This document shows positions 19,797 through 32,133 of a stretch of DNA of 64,000 nt, piece by piece. The first letter of the stretch is position 1; every line of letters begins with the position of its first letter. The notes under the pieces are model-generated. The model was not told the origin of the DNA. It was given only the letters and a program-made list of their open reading frames with translations, and searched no databases. Where the stretch lies: NCBI GenBank assembly GCA_963737265.1, contig CAVTRY010000021.1:128001-192000 (forward strand). Direction: 5' to 3'. Both the position numbers and the translations under genes were made by a program. Source of the DNA: an uncultured delta proteobacterium. Its GTDB lineage: Bacteria > Myxococcota_A > Polyangia > Fen-1088.

Positions 19797-20327
19797 ATGG
19801 CAGAGAAACGAACAGGATCGTGTCGGGACATTCCCGGCAGAACGCGCGAGTACGAAACCATCTTCATTCTGAAACCCGATGTCACCAACGACGTCATCGG
19901 CCAGGTCAACACCAAGATTCGCCACGTAGTCGAAGCGGGCGGTGGCCAGTTGCTCAAGGTTGAAAACTGGGGCCGCCGCAAGTTGGCCTATGAAGTGAAG
20001 AAACAGCTCAAGGGCGTCTACGTCTTCTTCAACTATCTCGGCAACGCCGGTCTGGTGGAAGAGGTCGAGCGCAACTTGCACCTCACCGACACGGTGATTC
20101 GATTCTACTCGGTGAAGGCCGCCGAGAACGTGGATGCGGCGACCAAGACCTCCGCCGTCACCGACGAGACCTTCGCCAACGCGTCGATTCCCGGACCCGA
20201 CGAGGAAGCCATCGCCACCGGCCAGGCCGGCTCGCGACCGTTCGGCGACGAGGAAGAAGAAGGCGCATTCGATTTCGAGGAAGCAGTATTCGGAAAGGTC
20301 GACGAACCGATCCGGAGAGGAAGCTGA
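19797..20327 (+). CDS. rpsF: 30S ribosomal protein S6
   Basis: REYETIFILKP, WGRRKLAYEVKK. Confidence 0.96.
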   Translation: MAEKRTGSCRDIPGRTREYETIFILKPDVTNDVIGQVNTKIRHVVEAGGGQLLKVENWGRRKLAYEVKKQLKGVYVFFNYLGNAGLVEEVERNLHLTDTVIRFYSVKAAENVDAATKTSAVTDETFANASIPGPDEEAIATGQAGSRPFGDEEEEGAFDFEEAVFGKVDEPIRRGS

Positions 20328-20330
20328 GCC

Positions 20331-20603
20331 ATGGCACGACCAGAAGAAAAAGACGCGGATCTCGAACAAGATTCCGGCAAGAAACGAACCTCGCGCCGAC
20401 GACCCTGCAAGTTCTGCACGGACGAGACCATCATCATCGACTACAAGAACGCTGGACTGCTCAAGTACTTCATTACCGATCGCGGTAAGCTCGTTCCACG
20501 TCGACTGACGGGCAACTGCGCCAAGCACCAACGTTCCATCGCCCGCGCGGTTGCACGCGCGCGCATGATCGCCCTCATGCCCTTCGCCGTGACGGGCAAG
20601 TAG
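20331..20603 (+). CDS. rpsR: 30S ribosomal protein S18
   Basis: [26 protein letters not shown]. Confidence 0.97.
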   Translation: MARPEEKDADLEQDSGKKRTSRRRPCKFCTDETIIIDYKNAGLLKYFITDRGKLVPRRLTGNCAKHQRSIARAVARARMIALMPFAVTGK

Positions 20604-20622
20604 CCGGGAAAAGGAGAAAACC

Positions 20623-21072
20623 ATGCGGGTCATCCTGAGAGAAAACCTGGACAACCTGGGCAAGGCCGGCGAGGTCGTGACCGTGCGCTCGGGTTATGGT
20701 CGCAACTACCTTCTGCCAGCCGGCCTGGCCGTCCCAGCCACCGAAAAGGACGAGGCGCGCTTGCAGCACGAGCAGCGAGTTATCGCGGCGCGCATCACAA
20801 AGCTGGGCAAGGAGCTACAATCCGAAGCTGACCGCCTGTCGCAGGCGTCGGTCTCGCTGGCGCGCGCCGTGGGCGAGGAAGACAAGCTCTACGGCTCGGT
20901 CAACAACCGCGACATCGCCGAGGCTCTGGCCGAACAGGGAATTAAGCTAGATGCCAAGAAGATCCAGCTCGACGAGCCCATCAAGGCACTCGGCATGACG
21001 GAGGTGCCCGTCAAGCTCGGGCACGACGTCACCGCCAAGATCAAGGTGTGGGTCGTCAAGAAAGAGGCCTAG
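20623..21072 (+). CDS. rplI: 50S ribosomal protein L9
   Basis: MRVIL..LGKAGEVVTVRSGYGRNYLLP, KLYGSV. Confidence 0.97.
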   Translation: MRVILRENLDNLGKAGEVVTVRSGYGRNYLLPAGLAVPATEKDEARLQHEQRVIAARITKLGKELQSEADRLSQASVSLARAVGEEDKLYGSVNNRDIAEALAEQGIKLDAKKIQLDEPIKALGMTEVPVKLGHDVTAKIKVWVVKKEA

Positions 21073-21096
21073 AAAGACGCCTAGAAAGACGCCTAG
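21061..21096 (+). repeat. 12-bp tandem repeat x3 spanning the rplI stop codon
   Basis: AAAGAGGCCTAG AAAGACGCCTAG AAAGACGCCTAG. Confidence 0.8.
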
Positions 21097-21158
21097 AAAC
21101 AGGCTCAACCGAAGGCCAGGAAAGTGGGCTGCGCAAGCGGCCCAAAATAAAGCGGCTC

Positions 21159-21190
21159 GCGGCTCAACGTCGTTGAGCCGCTTTGCTTTT
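21159..21190 (+). terminator. Probable intrinsic terminator after rplI
   Basis: GCGGCTCAAC-gtc-GTTGAGCCGC followed by TTTGCTTTT. Confidence 0.6.
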
Positions 21191-21211
21191 CTGGCGTTAC
21201 ACTAGCGGCCC

Positions 21212-22627
21212 ATGCCCGATTTCGCTCAGCAGGTCGAGAGCCTTCCGATGGGAAGGCAACCGCCCCACAACCTGGAGGCGGAACGCTCGGCGCTGGGTGG
21301 CGTGCTGGTCAAGCCCTCGGCCTTCGACGAGATGGCGACGACCATCACCGCCGACGATTTTCTGCTGCCGGCCCATCGCGAGATTTTCGAGTCGATGCTC
21401 GAGCTCGACAAGCGGCGACAGCCCATCGACGTGATTTCTCTCGGTGACGAGCTGAAAAACCGCGGCTCGCTCGGGCGACTCGAAAACGGCCAAGCCTATC
21501 TCATCGAGCTCGCCAACTCGGTTCCCACGGCCGAGAATATCGGCCACTACGCGCGCCTGGTTCAGGAAAAGGCCACGTTGCGCCGCCTCATCGCCGCCTG
21601 CGCCGAGATCCAGTCGCGCGCCTATGGCGAATTCGGCGACTACGAGCAGTTCCTCGACGACTCCGAACGCATGGTGTTTCAAGTCGCGCAGAGGAATCGA
21701 CGCGAGAACGCGCGCCCTATCGGCGAAATCATGAGCGAGGTGCTGGAAAACATCGACGCTCGTGCGCGCGAAAGCAAATCCATCACGGGTGTACCTACCG
21801 GTTTCACGAAACTCGACGAGATCACTGCCGGCCTCCAACCCGAAAATCTGATCATCGTGGCGGCCCGCCCTGGCGTAGGCAAGACCTCGTGGGCGCTCAA
21901 CGTCGCCACCAACGCCGCCCTCATCCACAGAATCCCCGTCTTCGTGTTTTCACTCGAAATGTCCAAGCACGAGCTCATCGAGCGCATGCTCGCCGGCGAG
22001 GCGCGCATCGATTCCAACCGCATGCGCCGCGGCCTCATCGAGTACAACGAGTGGAAGAACAAAATCTACCCGGCCGGTAATCGCATCTCGCAGGCACCCA
22101 TTCTCATCGACGATTCGCCGGGCGTGAACATTCTGGAATTGCGAGCCAAGGCCCGTCGCTTTCGCAGCGACCCGCGTTTCTTTCCAGCCAACCCCAAAGG
22201 ACCGCCGCCGCTCGGGTTGGTCGTCATCGACTACCTCCAGCTCGCGAGCGGCCTGGGCGGCCGCAGGGAAGAGTCCCGCGAGCGCGAAATCGCCGAGATT
22301 TCCCGCGGCCTCAAGGCCCTGGCCAAGGAGCTGCACATCCCCATTATCGCGGTTTCGCAGCTAAACCGCAGCGTGGAAAAGCGCGAAGACAAGACCCCCC
22401 AGCTATCGGACTTGCGCGAATCCGGCGCCATCGAACAAGATGCGGATATCATCCTCTTCATTCACCGAGATGAAATGTACAACGCGGATCCCACCGGCCA
22501 CGGCAAGGCCTTGCTCAAGATCGGCAAGAACCGCGCCGGCCCGACCGGGGAGGTGGATTTGACCTTTATCCGCGAGTACACAAGATTCGAGAACTATGCC
22601 GCCGAGGACGAGGAGGCGCCGGGCTAG
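21212..22627 (+). CDS. dnaB: Replicative DNA helicase
   Basis: PPHNLEAERS, AARPGVGKT, FSLEM, IDYLQL, SQLNR, LRESGAIEQDAD. Confidence 0.97.
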   Translation: MPDFAQQVESLPMGRQPPHNLEAERSALGGVLVKPSAFDEMATTITADDFLLPAHREIFESMLELDKRRQPIDVISLGDELKNRGSLGRLENGQAYLIELANSVPTAENIGHYARLVQEKATLRRLIAACAEIQSRAYGEFGDYEQFLDDSERMVFQVAQRNRRENARPIGEIMSEVLENIDARARESKSITGVPTGFTKLDEITAGLQPENLIIVAARPGVGKTSWALNVATNAALIHRIPVFVFSLEMSKHELIERMLAGEARIDSNRMRRGLIEYNEWKNKIYPAGNRISQAPILIDDSPGVNILELRAKARRFRSDPRFFPANPKGPPPLGLVVIDYLQLASGLGGRREESREREIAEISRGLKALAKELHIPIIAVSQLNRSVEKREDKTPQLSDLRESGAIEQDADIILFIHRDEMYNADPTGHGKALLKIGKNRAGPTGEVDLTFIREYTRFENYAAEDEEAPG

Positions 22628-22629
22628 CG

Positions 22630-23712
<1,083 letters not shown>

Positions 23713-23759
23713 CTGTGCGGCGGGTGGCGCTCATTCCCGCGTGGGAAGCCGACAGGCTG

Positions 23760-24494
23760 CTACACCTCGTTGCGGCGAACGGAAATCGCCAGACGCGCGA
23801 CGCTCTTTAGGACGTGCGGCACGCGCTTGAGCAAGTTGATCGATGGTGGACGCTTCTCGTGCACGGCGAACGGGATCTCCACCACCTTCTTCTTCTCGCG
23901 GTGGGCCCGAATCACGAACTCGCTGGCGAACACATCGCGGTCGAGGACGCAACGCCTGGCGGTTTCGAGCAGCTCCACGCGCTTGAAGGCTTTGAGCCCG
24001 TGCGTGTCGGTGCCGCGGTAGTGGCAGACCGCGCGCAAAAGCCCGTTGTAGACTTGCGTGCCGAGACGCCGCACCATGGGACGCTGGTCGTTCGATCCCA
24101 CCATGGCCTTCGAGCCGACCACGAACTCGGTATCGGTCCTTTCGAGTAGCGCCAGTGCACGCGCGTAGAATTCGGTGTCGCACAGATCGATTTCGTCGCA
24201 GATGACGATCTTGCCGCGCGCCTCGAGAATTCCCGTCTTCATGGCCAGTCCATAGTTGGGCTGCCCGATGGAGATCAGGCGCACCACCGAATGCTCGGCC
24301 TCCAGCTCCTTGCCGATCTCGACCGTGCGATCGCGCGAGCCGTTCTCGCACAGAAGCAGCTCGTACGAAAAGCCGAAGGGCCGCAGCTTCTCGCGCAGCT
24401 CCAGGACCGACCCGCGCAGGATCCCCTCTTCGTTGTAGATCGGGATCACGATGGATACGTCGGGGGGCGTGCTGGTGGCGGCGGCCTGGCTCAT
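23760..24494 (-). CDS. Glycosyltransferase family 2 (DPM synthase-like)
   Basis: [31 protein letters not shown]. Confidence 0.88.
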   Translation of the reverse strand: MSQAAATSTPPDVSIVIPIYNEEGILRGSVLELREKLRPFGFSYELLLCENGSRDRTVEIGKELEAEHSVVRLISIGQPNYGLAMKTGILEARGKIVICDEIDLCDTEFYARALALLERTDTEFVVGSKAMVGSNDQRPMVRRLGTQVYNGLLRAVCHYRGTDTHGLKAFKRVELLETARRCVLDRDVFASEFVIRAHREKKKVVEIPFAVHEKRPPSINLLKRVPHVLKSVARLAISVRRNEV

Positions 24495-24612
24495 GTCTCT
24501 CTCCGGGATGGACGACTTCGATAGATATCATGAGATTCGCCGTACGCGAAGACGACACTGGCCACCGCGTAAAGAAGATGCCTCGCTTGGGCGAGGCCCC
24601 TGTGAAACGACG

Positions 24613-25461
24613 CTATGGCAAGTGGATGCGCATCGCTGCCGTATGACAACTATTGCAGCCGCCGGCCGTGATCGTCGTCGGCATCGTGTTTATGTCCGGG
24701 CACTTGCTCACTTGAACGCTGGCCGGGAACGAAATCGCGCTAGCAGTGTAGAAATTGCCCGTACTCCCGGTGACCATTGTGATCTTGGTGCCCTTGCTGT
24801 CCGTGATCGTCACCGTGGCGCCCGCAACAGCGGCCGCGCCAGCGGCGGTTGTGTAGACCGTCCCGGCCGCCGTCATATGCGGGCTCTGGGTCGCTCCGTG
24901 GCAGGATGTGCAGTCTTTGCCGGTGTTCATCCCGGTTGGGCCGCCGGTCGCGGCGGGAACGCATGCGGCCGTGCTGCCGCCCGTGCCGGTCGCGCCGCCC
25001 GCGCCCGTGGCGCCGTCCGCCGGTCCGCCGTCGGCGCCGGCTGAATTCCCCCCGCTGCCATTGCCGCCGGTGTTACGACCGCCAACGCTGCCCAACGCAC
25101 CGCCAGTAGCCGCGCCCGACGAACCTCCGCTCGCGCTACCGGTGTTTCCGCCCTTGGCGGTACCTGTGGAACCGCCCGTTGCGGCGCTGGTGGAGCCACC
25201 GGTCGCGCCACCGGTCGGGATACCAGCGGTGCCACCACTGGAGCCGCCGGTCGATCCGCCGGAGCTCGCCGCGGCCGTACCTCCAACCGACGCAGGTGCC
25301 CCGCCGCTGGAGACGACGGCTGTTCCACCATTCGGGGTAGCAGCGGCGCCGCCGCTGGATGCGGCTGGGGTTCCACCATTCAGGGTAGGAGGATTGTCCG
25401 TGATCGACGTACCATTGCACCCGACCAGAGCGAGCGAGATGAGCAAGAGTGTCCGTTTCAT
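24613..25461 (-). CDS. Diheme c-type cytochrome lipoprotein with Gly/Thr/Ser linker
   Basis: Lipobox LVGC; CTSCH and CNSCH motifs. Confidence 0.8.
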   Translation of the reverse strand: MKRTLLLISLALVGCNGTSITDNPPTLNGGTPAASSGGAAATPNGGTAVVSSGGAPASVGGTAAASSGGSTGGSSGGTAGIPTGGATGGSTSAATGGSTGTAKGGNTGSASGGSSGAATGGALGSVGGRNTGGNGSGGNSAGADGGPADGATGAGGATGTGGSTAACVPAATGGPTGMNTGKDCTSCHGATQSPHMTAAGTVYTTAAGAAAVAGATVTITDSKGTKITMVTGSTGNFYTASAISFPASVQVSKCPDINTMPTTITAGGCNSCHTAAMRIHLP

Positions 25462-25884
25462 GCATCTGTCCTTTCGGTTTCGCTAGCGGTACCGCGAGAT
25501 CGGCATCGTCAGGCATATTAACGAATAAAAGAGTCTGAAATCTTAAAACGCGGCCGAGCATTCGTCCACGTCGAATCACATGAGACCATAAATGCCGCAT
25601 AAAAATCCTACTGATACTGTCTCTTTTTGCGACGGCGCCATGGCAATGCGCTGACCAAGTAGTGGCGCAGGCAGCCGTCTCTTGCCGTGACAGAACGCGA
25701 CATCCAGGTCGTCCGGCGGACCCCGCGTTGGGAAGTCCAACGGGCGTCCAGGTGCGTCCTTTTAATGCGTGCAAAGAACAACCGATTCGTGGAAACTGAC
25801 ACTGCTTCATGCATTCGGCACGGGAAGCGCGCCCGTGCCATCGCACTTTCGGGAGTCGAAGGACCCTATGCTGAGAGAATTTCA

Positions 25885-26619
25885 TTGAGCCCTATCCGCC
25901 TTGTTCACCTATTCGCAGCCGGAGTGGTCCTGCTGGGCGCGGGGTGCGCCGGGGCGAAGGTGAGCGACCTCGGCAGCCACGCCGACAGCGGGACGACCGA
26001 CGGCGGGATCCAGGGAAACTGCGATCCCATCGCGAACTCGGGCTGCCCCTCGGGCATGAAATGTTCCACGCTGCAGAACGGACAAGCGTTTTCCGTCGGC
26101 TGCAGATCCAAGGGCACCAAGGCTGCCGGTGACGACTGCACGCAGGTCGTGACCACGGCAGGACAGACTGGCGACGACTGCGGCGACGGTCTGGCGTGCT
26201 TCACGGTGCAAGGGGACGCATCGGCGACCTGTCATCAGATCTGCTCGCCGAGCGGAGCCGGAACCGCCTGCCCAAGCAAATTTGTCTGCGGGATAAACGT
26301 CGGCTTGGCGAGCTTGGCCTTCTGTCGGGCGTCTTGCCAACCACTCGAGCAGTCGGGATGCGCGAGCAACGAGGCATGCTACCTCGCCTCAACGGGTGCA
26401 GTGTGCTCCTCACCCGTGGGCACGAAAAGTCCAGGCAACCCGTGCTCGTTGGCCAACGATTGCCTACCCGGCAGCACTTGTGTTCTTACCAGCGCATCGA
26501 GCGGCACCTGTTATTCGTTTTGCTCGACCGCGGGCGGCACGCCGGCCTGCAGCGGCGGCACCACCTGCAACCCGCTGCCAGCACCCCTGCCCGAGCCCAA
26601 CGCCGGCGTTTGCCAGTAG
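25885..26619 (+). CDS. Cysteine-rich lipoprotein (myxobacterial type)
   Basis: Lipobox GAGC; repeated CxPxxxSGC..C modules; start uncertain. Confidence 0.7.
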   Translation: MSPIRLVHLFAAGVVLLGAGCAGAKVSDLGSHADSGTTDGGIQGNCDPIANSGCPSGMKCSTLQNGQAFSVGCRSKGTKAAGDDCTQVVTTAGQTGDDCGDGLACFTVQGDASATCHQICSPSGAGTACPSKFVCGINVGLASLAFCRASCQPLEQSGCASNEACYLASTGAVCSSPVGTKSPGNPCSLANDCLPGSTCVLTSASSGTCYSFCSTAGGTPACSGGTTCNPLPAPLPEPNAGVCQ

Positions 26620-26683
26620 CACGCGCTTCCTCTGATTCGGTTGGGGCTCCCATCGGGAGCCGGGGTGATGCTATCGTGCGCGC

Positions 26684-28018
<1,335 letters not shown>

Positions 28019-28047
28019 CCTACCCATTCGCCTATGCTGGCCTCACC

Positions 28048-29205
28048 TTGAACGAAAGCACGCCCACGAACCGTCACTTGAAACAGGCCATAGGAGCAGT
28101 CGCATTGGCCGCAGCGTGGCTGGGCGTTGGTTGTGGCGGAACGGGACTGCGCGAGCACACGGCGACGCTACTGCCGAGCGGCAAGGTGCTCATCGTGGGC
28201 GATGGCACAGGTGCGGGCGCGAAGGTGTATGACCCAAGGGCGGGCACCTTCGCCGATACCCACGCCTGTGCGGCAAGAAAGGCTCACACGGCGACGCTGC
28301 TTCCGAATGGCAAGGTGCTCGTCGCAGGAGGACGACAGACCCTGGCTCACCTTGCGAGCGCTGACCTCTACAACCCCGCGACGGAGAGCTTCGCCACCAC
28401 GGGCTTGATGACTGACCGGAGGTCATCCCACACGGCGACGCTATTGCCAAACGGCAAGGTGCTGCTGGCCGGGGGATGGGTCGAACGATCTTCCAAGTCT
28501 GGGAACTCCGATACCGCGGAGCTCTTCGATCCGACCCTCGGCGTTTTCACGGCCACAGGAACGATGGCCAGCCCGCGATCGGAGCACACGGCGACGCTGC
28601 TGCCAAACGGTAAGGTGCTCATCGTCGGTGGGCGCACATCCACCTTCGATCTTTCCACCATGTTCAAGAAGCAACCGCGCTTTCTCGCCACGGCCGAGCT
28701 CTATGATCCGGCCACGCGAGCGTTCGCGGCCACCGGATCGATGGCTGTCCCGAAAGCACGCCACACGGCGACGCTGCTAGCAAACGGCAAAGTGCTCATT
28801 GTCGGAGGGACCGCCGGAAGCGATCATGCCCCGTCTGGAACTGCCGAGCTGTATGACCCCGCCGCAGGAGTCTTTGCGCCCACCGGGACGCTGGCCAAGC
28901 CAAGGTCGGAGCACACGGCGACGCTGCTACCAAACGGCAAGGTGCTCATCGCCGGCGGTATTGCCGAAGACGGTACCCCATTCGCCAGCGCGAAATTGTA
29001 CGACCCGTCCACGGGCGGCATTTCACCCACGGGGAACATGGCCCACGCGCGGTCGGGCCACACGGCCACGCTGCTGCCGGATGGCAAGGTCCTCATCGTT
29101 GGCGGCACCGACGGCCGCGATCAGGCGCAATTCGGAGGCGTGGAAATCTACGATCCCGCCACCGGCGTCTTCGCGCCCAACGACGGATCGGTCACGGCCA
29201 GGTAA
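28048..29205 (+). CDS. Kelch-repeat beta-propeller lipoprotein
   Basis: Seven HTATLLxxGKVL repeats with ELYDP-like motifs; lipobox GVGC; start uncertain. Confidence 0.85.
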   Translation: MNESTPTNRHLKQAIGAVALAAAWLGVGCGGTGLREHTATLLPSGKVLIVGDGTGAGAKVYDPRAGTFADTHACAARKAHTATLLPNGKVLVAGGRQTLAHLASADLYNPATESFATTGLMTDRRSSHTATLLPNGKVLLAGGWVERSSKSGNSDTAELFDPTLGVFTATGTMASPRSEHTATLLPNGKVLIVGGRTSTFDLSTMFKKQPRFLATAELYDPATRAFAATGSMAVPKARHTATLLANGKVLIVGGTAGSDHAPSGTAELYDPAAGVFAPTGTLAKPRSEHTATLLPNGKVLIAGGIAEDGTPFASAKLYDPSTGGISPTGNMAHARSGHTATLLPDGKVLIVGGTDGRDQAQFGGVEIYDPATGVFAPNDGSVTAR

Positions 29206-29220
29206 AAGGCGGCCTTTTGA

Positions 29221-30285
<1,065 letters not shown>

Positions 30286-30344
30286 CCAGGTCTATTCTCT
30301 GGAAATTGCCCTCGATCGCGGAGCGGATGCGTTTTGTAAAGGGC

Positions 30345-30956
30345 ATGATCGACATCGAGGAAGCGAAACGGATTTTGGCGGCTTTCGAGCGCGAAGGGGT
30401 GGAATACGTCATGGTCGGCTCGATGGCCATGGCCGCCCAGGGACTGGTTCGAGCCACGCGCGACGTCGATTTCTTTGTCGCCGCAACTGCGGCCAACGTG
30501 GAGCATCTGCGACAGGCGCTCAGGGGCTTGTACAACGACGACCCGAACGTGGACCAGATCCGGGTCGATGATCTTGCCGGCGACTATCCGGCTATCGAGT
30601 ACATCCCGCCGGACGCCCCGTATTCGCTCGATATCCTGTCCCGGCTGGACGAGGCCTTTCGCTACGAGACCATCGAAAGCGAGGAGGTGTTTCTCGATGG
30701 AATCCGGATTCCTGTCGCCACGCCGGCGATGCTCTACCGCATGAAGAAGGACACGGTGAGGTCCCAGGACCGCCTAGACGCCGAGCAAATTCGCCGTCTT
30801 TTCGAAATCGAGGGGAAGTGTCCGGTCAGGGAAGCGGTGTCGGCCGGAACCGCTCAGGTCGGCGAAACTAATGCAAACACGAGACTGGCTTGGGCGTTCG
30901 CTGTTGACTACGCAATCGATTCCATCAGGAAGAATCCGATTGGCACGGAGAGGTAG
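30345..30956 (+). CDS. Nucleotidyltransferase (AbiEii/MNT-like TA toxin family)
   Basis: VGSMAM..G..RATRDVDF; MKKDTVRSQDRLD. Confidence 0.75.
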   Translation: MIDIEEAKRILAAFEREGVEYVMVGSMAMAAQGLVRATRDVDFFVAATAANVEHLRQALRGLYNDDPNVDQIRVDDLAGDYPAIEYIPPDAPYSLDILSRLDEAFRYETIESEEVFLDGIRIPVATPAMLYRMKKDTVRSQDRLDAEQIRRLFEIEGKCPVREAVSAGTAQVGETNANTRLAWAFAVDYAIDSIRKNPIGTER

Positions 30957-31000
30957 GCTCGCTAGCCCCTCAAGAATGACTCACCCGGGGCTGGCAGCCC

Positions 31001-31669
31001 TTACACTCTGTGCTCGTTCCTTACGATCTTCCTTGCCCCGCCAAACCACGCCAGGCTCCAGTTCTTGGGTGGCTGGATCTTCTCTAGCCGGTCCAACTGG
31101 CCAATCGCGCTCAGCCGCTTGTAAATCAATTGCCAGGCGCACGGGCGGTCTTCGGCGACCTCGCAGCGCTCTGCCGTGCTTCCGCCGCACGGGCCGTTCA
31201 GCATGTGCTTCGCACAGCGGGTGACGGGGCAGATACCGCCGAAGTCGGCAAGCATGCAGTCGCCGCAGGCCATGCACTTTTCCGTCCACACGGCTTGCTC
31301 TTCGAGAATGCCGAGAAAGTTGGTGTTGAGGCCGGCATAGACGGCTTTGCTGGGAAAACGTTCGGCGAGGGCTTGCACGCCGGCGCCGCAGCCGAAGGAG
31401 ACCACCGCTTCGTTGCGCTCGACGGCGGCGGCGAGGTCTTTGATGAACTCGTTTTCGCACTGGCGCTCGATGGTGGTTTGCTCGATCTCCACCGGCTGGT
31501 CCGCCAGCTTGCGCGCCATGCGCGTGGCGTACGCGGCGATGCCGACTTCGCGCTCGCCGCCAGCCAGGCACACGGTTACGCAGGTGCCGCAGCCGACGAA
31601 CAGCACCTTCTTGTGTCGGTCGATGAGTTGTTTGAGCTCGGTGACGGGTTTGGGGCTGGCGACGATCAT
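31001..31669 (-). CDS. metV: MetV (MTHFR C-terminal-like Fe-S/Zn subunit)
   Basis: GCGTCVTVC, RQCE, CGAGVQ, CMACGDC, CPVTRCAKHMLNGPCGG, CAW. Confidence 0.88.
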   Translation of the reverse strand: MIVASPKPVTELKQLIDRHKKVLFVGCGTCVTVCLAGGEREVGIAAYATRMARKLADQPVEIEQTTIERQCENEFIKDLAAAVERNEAVVSFGCGAGVQALAERFPSKAVYAGLNTNFLGILEEQAVWTEKCMACGDCMLADFGGICPVTRCAKHMLNGPCGGSTAERCEVAEDRPCAWQLIYKRLSAIGQLDRLEKIQPPKNWSLAWFGGARKIVRNEHRV

Positions 31670-32133
31670 GGCGTTCCACTCTTTCTCAGGGGATTCGGGC
31701 CCAGGCTTTCCACGGTCTCGACGATTTCCTTCACGCGCTCGACGAAGGTCGGCGCCATGGCGGCGGACAGGTTCACCATGCGCAGGCGCTCGCGGCCCAC
31801 GCCGATCTGGTCGAGCATCTCGCGCAGGTATTCGCTGCGCTTCTTGGCGCGTAGGTTGCCTTCCAGGAAGTGGCAGCCGCCCTCGAGACACCCGGCGATG
31901 AGCACGCCGTCGATGCCTTTTTCGAAGGCGGCGAGGATGTGCTCCATCTCGATCTTGCCGGTGCACGGCACGTGCATCACGCGCACGTTGGACGGGTACT
32001 GCATGCGGCGCGAGCCGGCGAGGTCGGCGGCAGCGTAGGCGCAGTAATTACAACAAAAGGCGATGATTTCCGGATGCCACTTGCCGTTGCCGACCGAGTC
32101 GGGCGCTGTTGTCGATTGAGCAGGCTCGGTCAT
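31666..32133 (-). CDS. mvhD: MvhD [2Fe-2S] subunit
   Basis: AFCCNYCAYAAADLAG, VPCTGK, GCLEGGCHFLEGN. Confidence 0.92.
   Translation of the reverse strand: MTEPAQSTTAPDSVGNGKWHPEIIAFCCNYCAYAAADLAGSRRMQYPSNVRVMHVPCTGKIEMEHILAAFEKGIDGVLIAGCLEGGCHFLEGNLRAKKRSEYLREMLDQIGVGRERLRMVNLSAAMAPTFVERVKEIVETVESLGPNPLRKSGTP

Noticed and set aside
28140-29170. DNA-level repeats CACACGGCGACGCT...GGCAAGGTGCT
   Set aside because: Explained by kelch protein repeats
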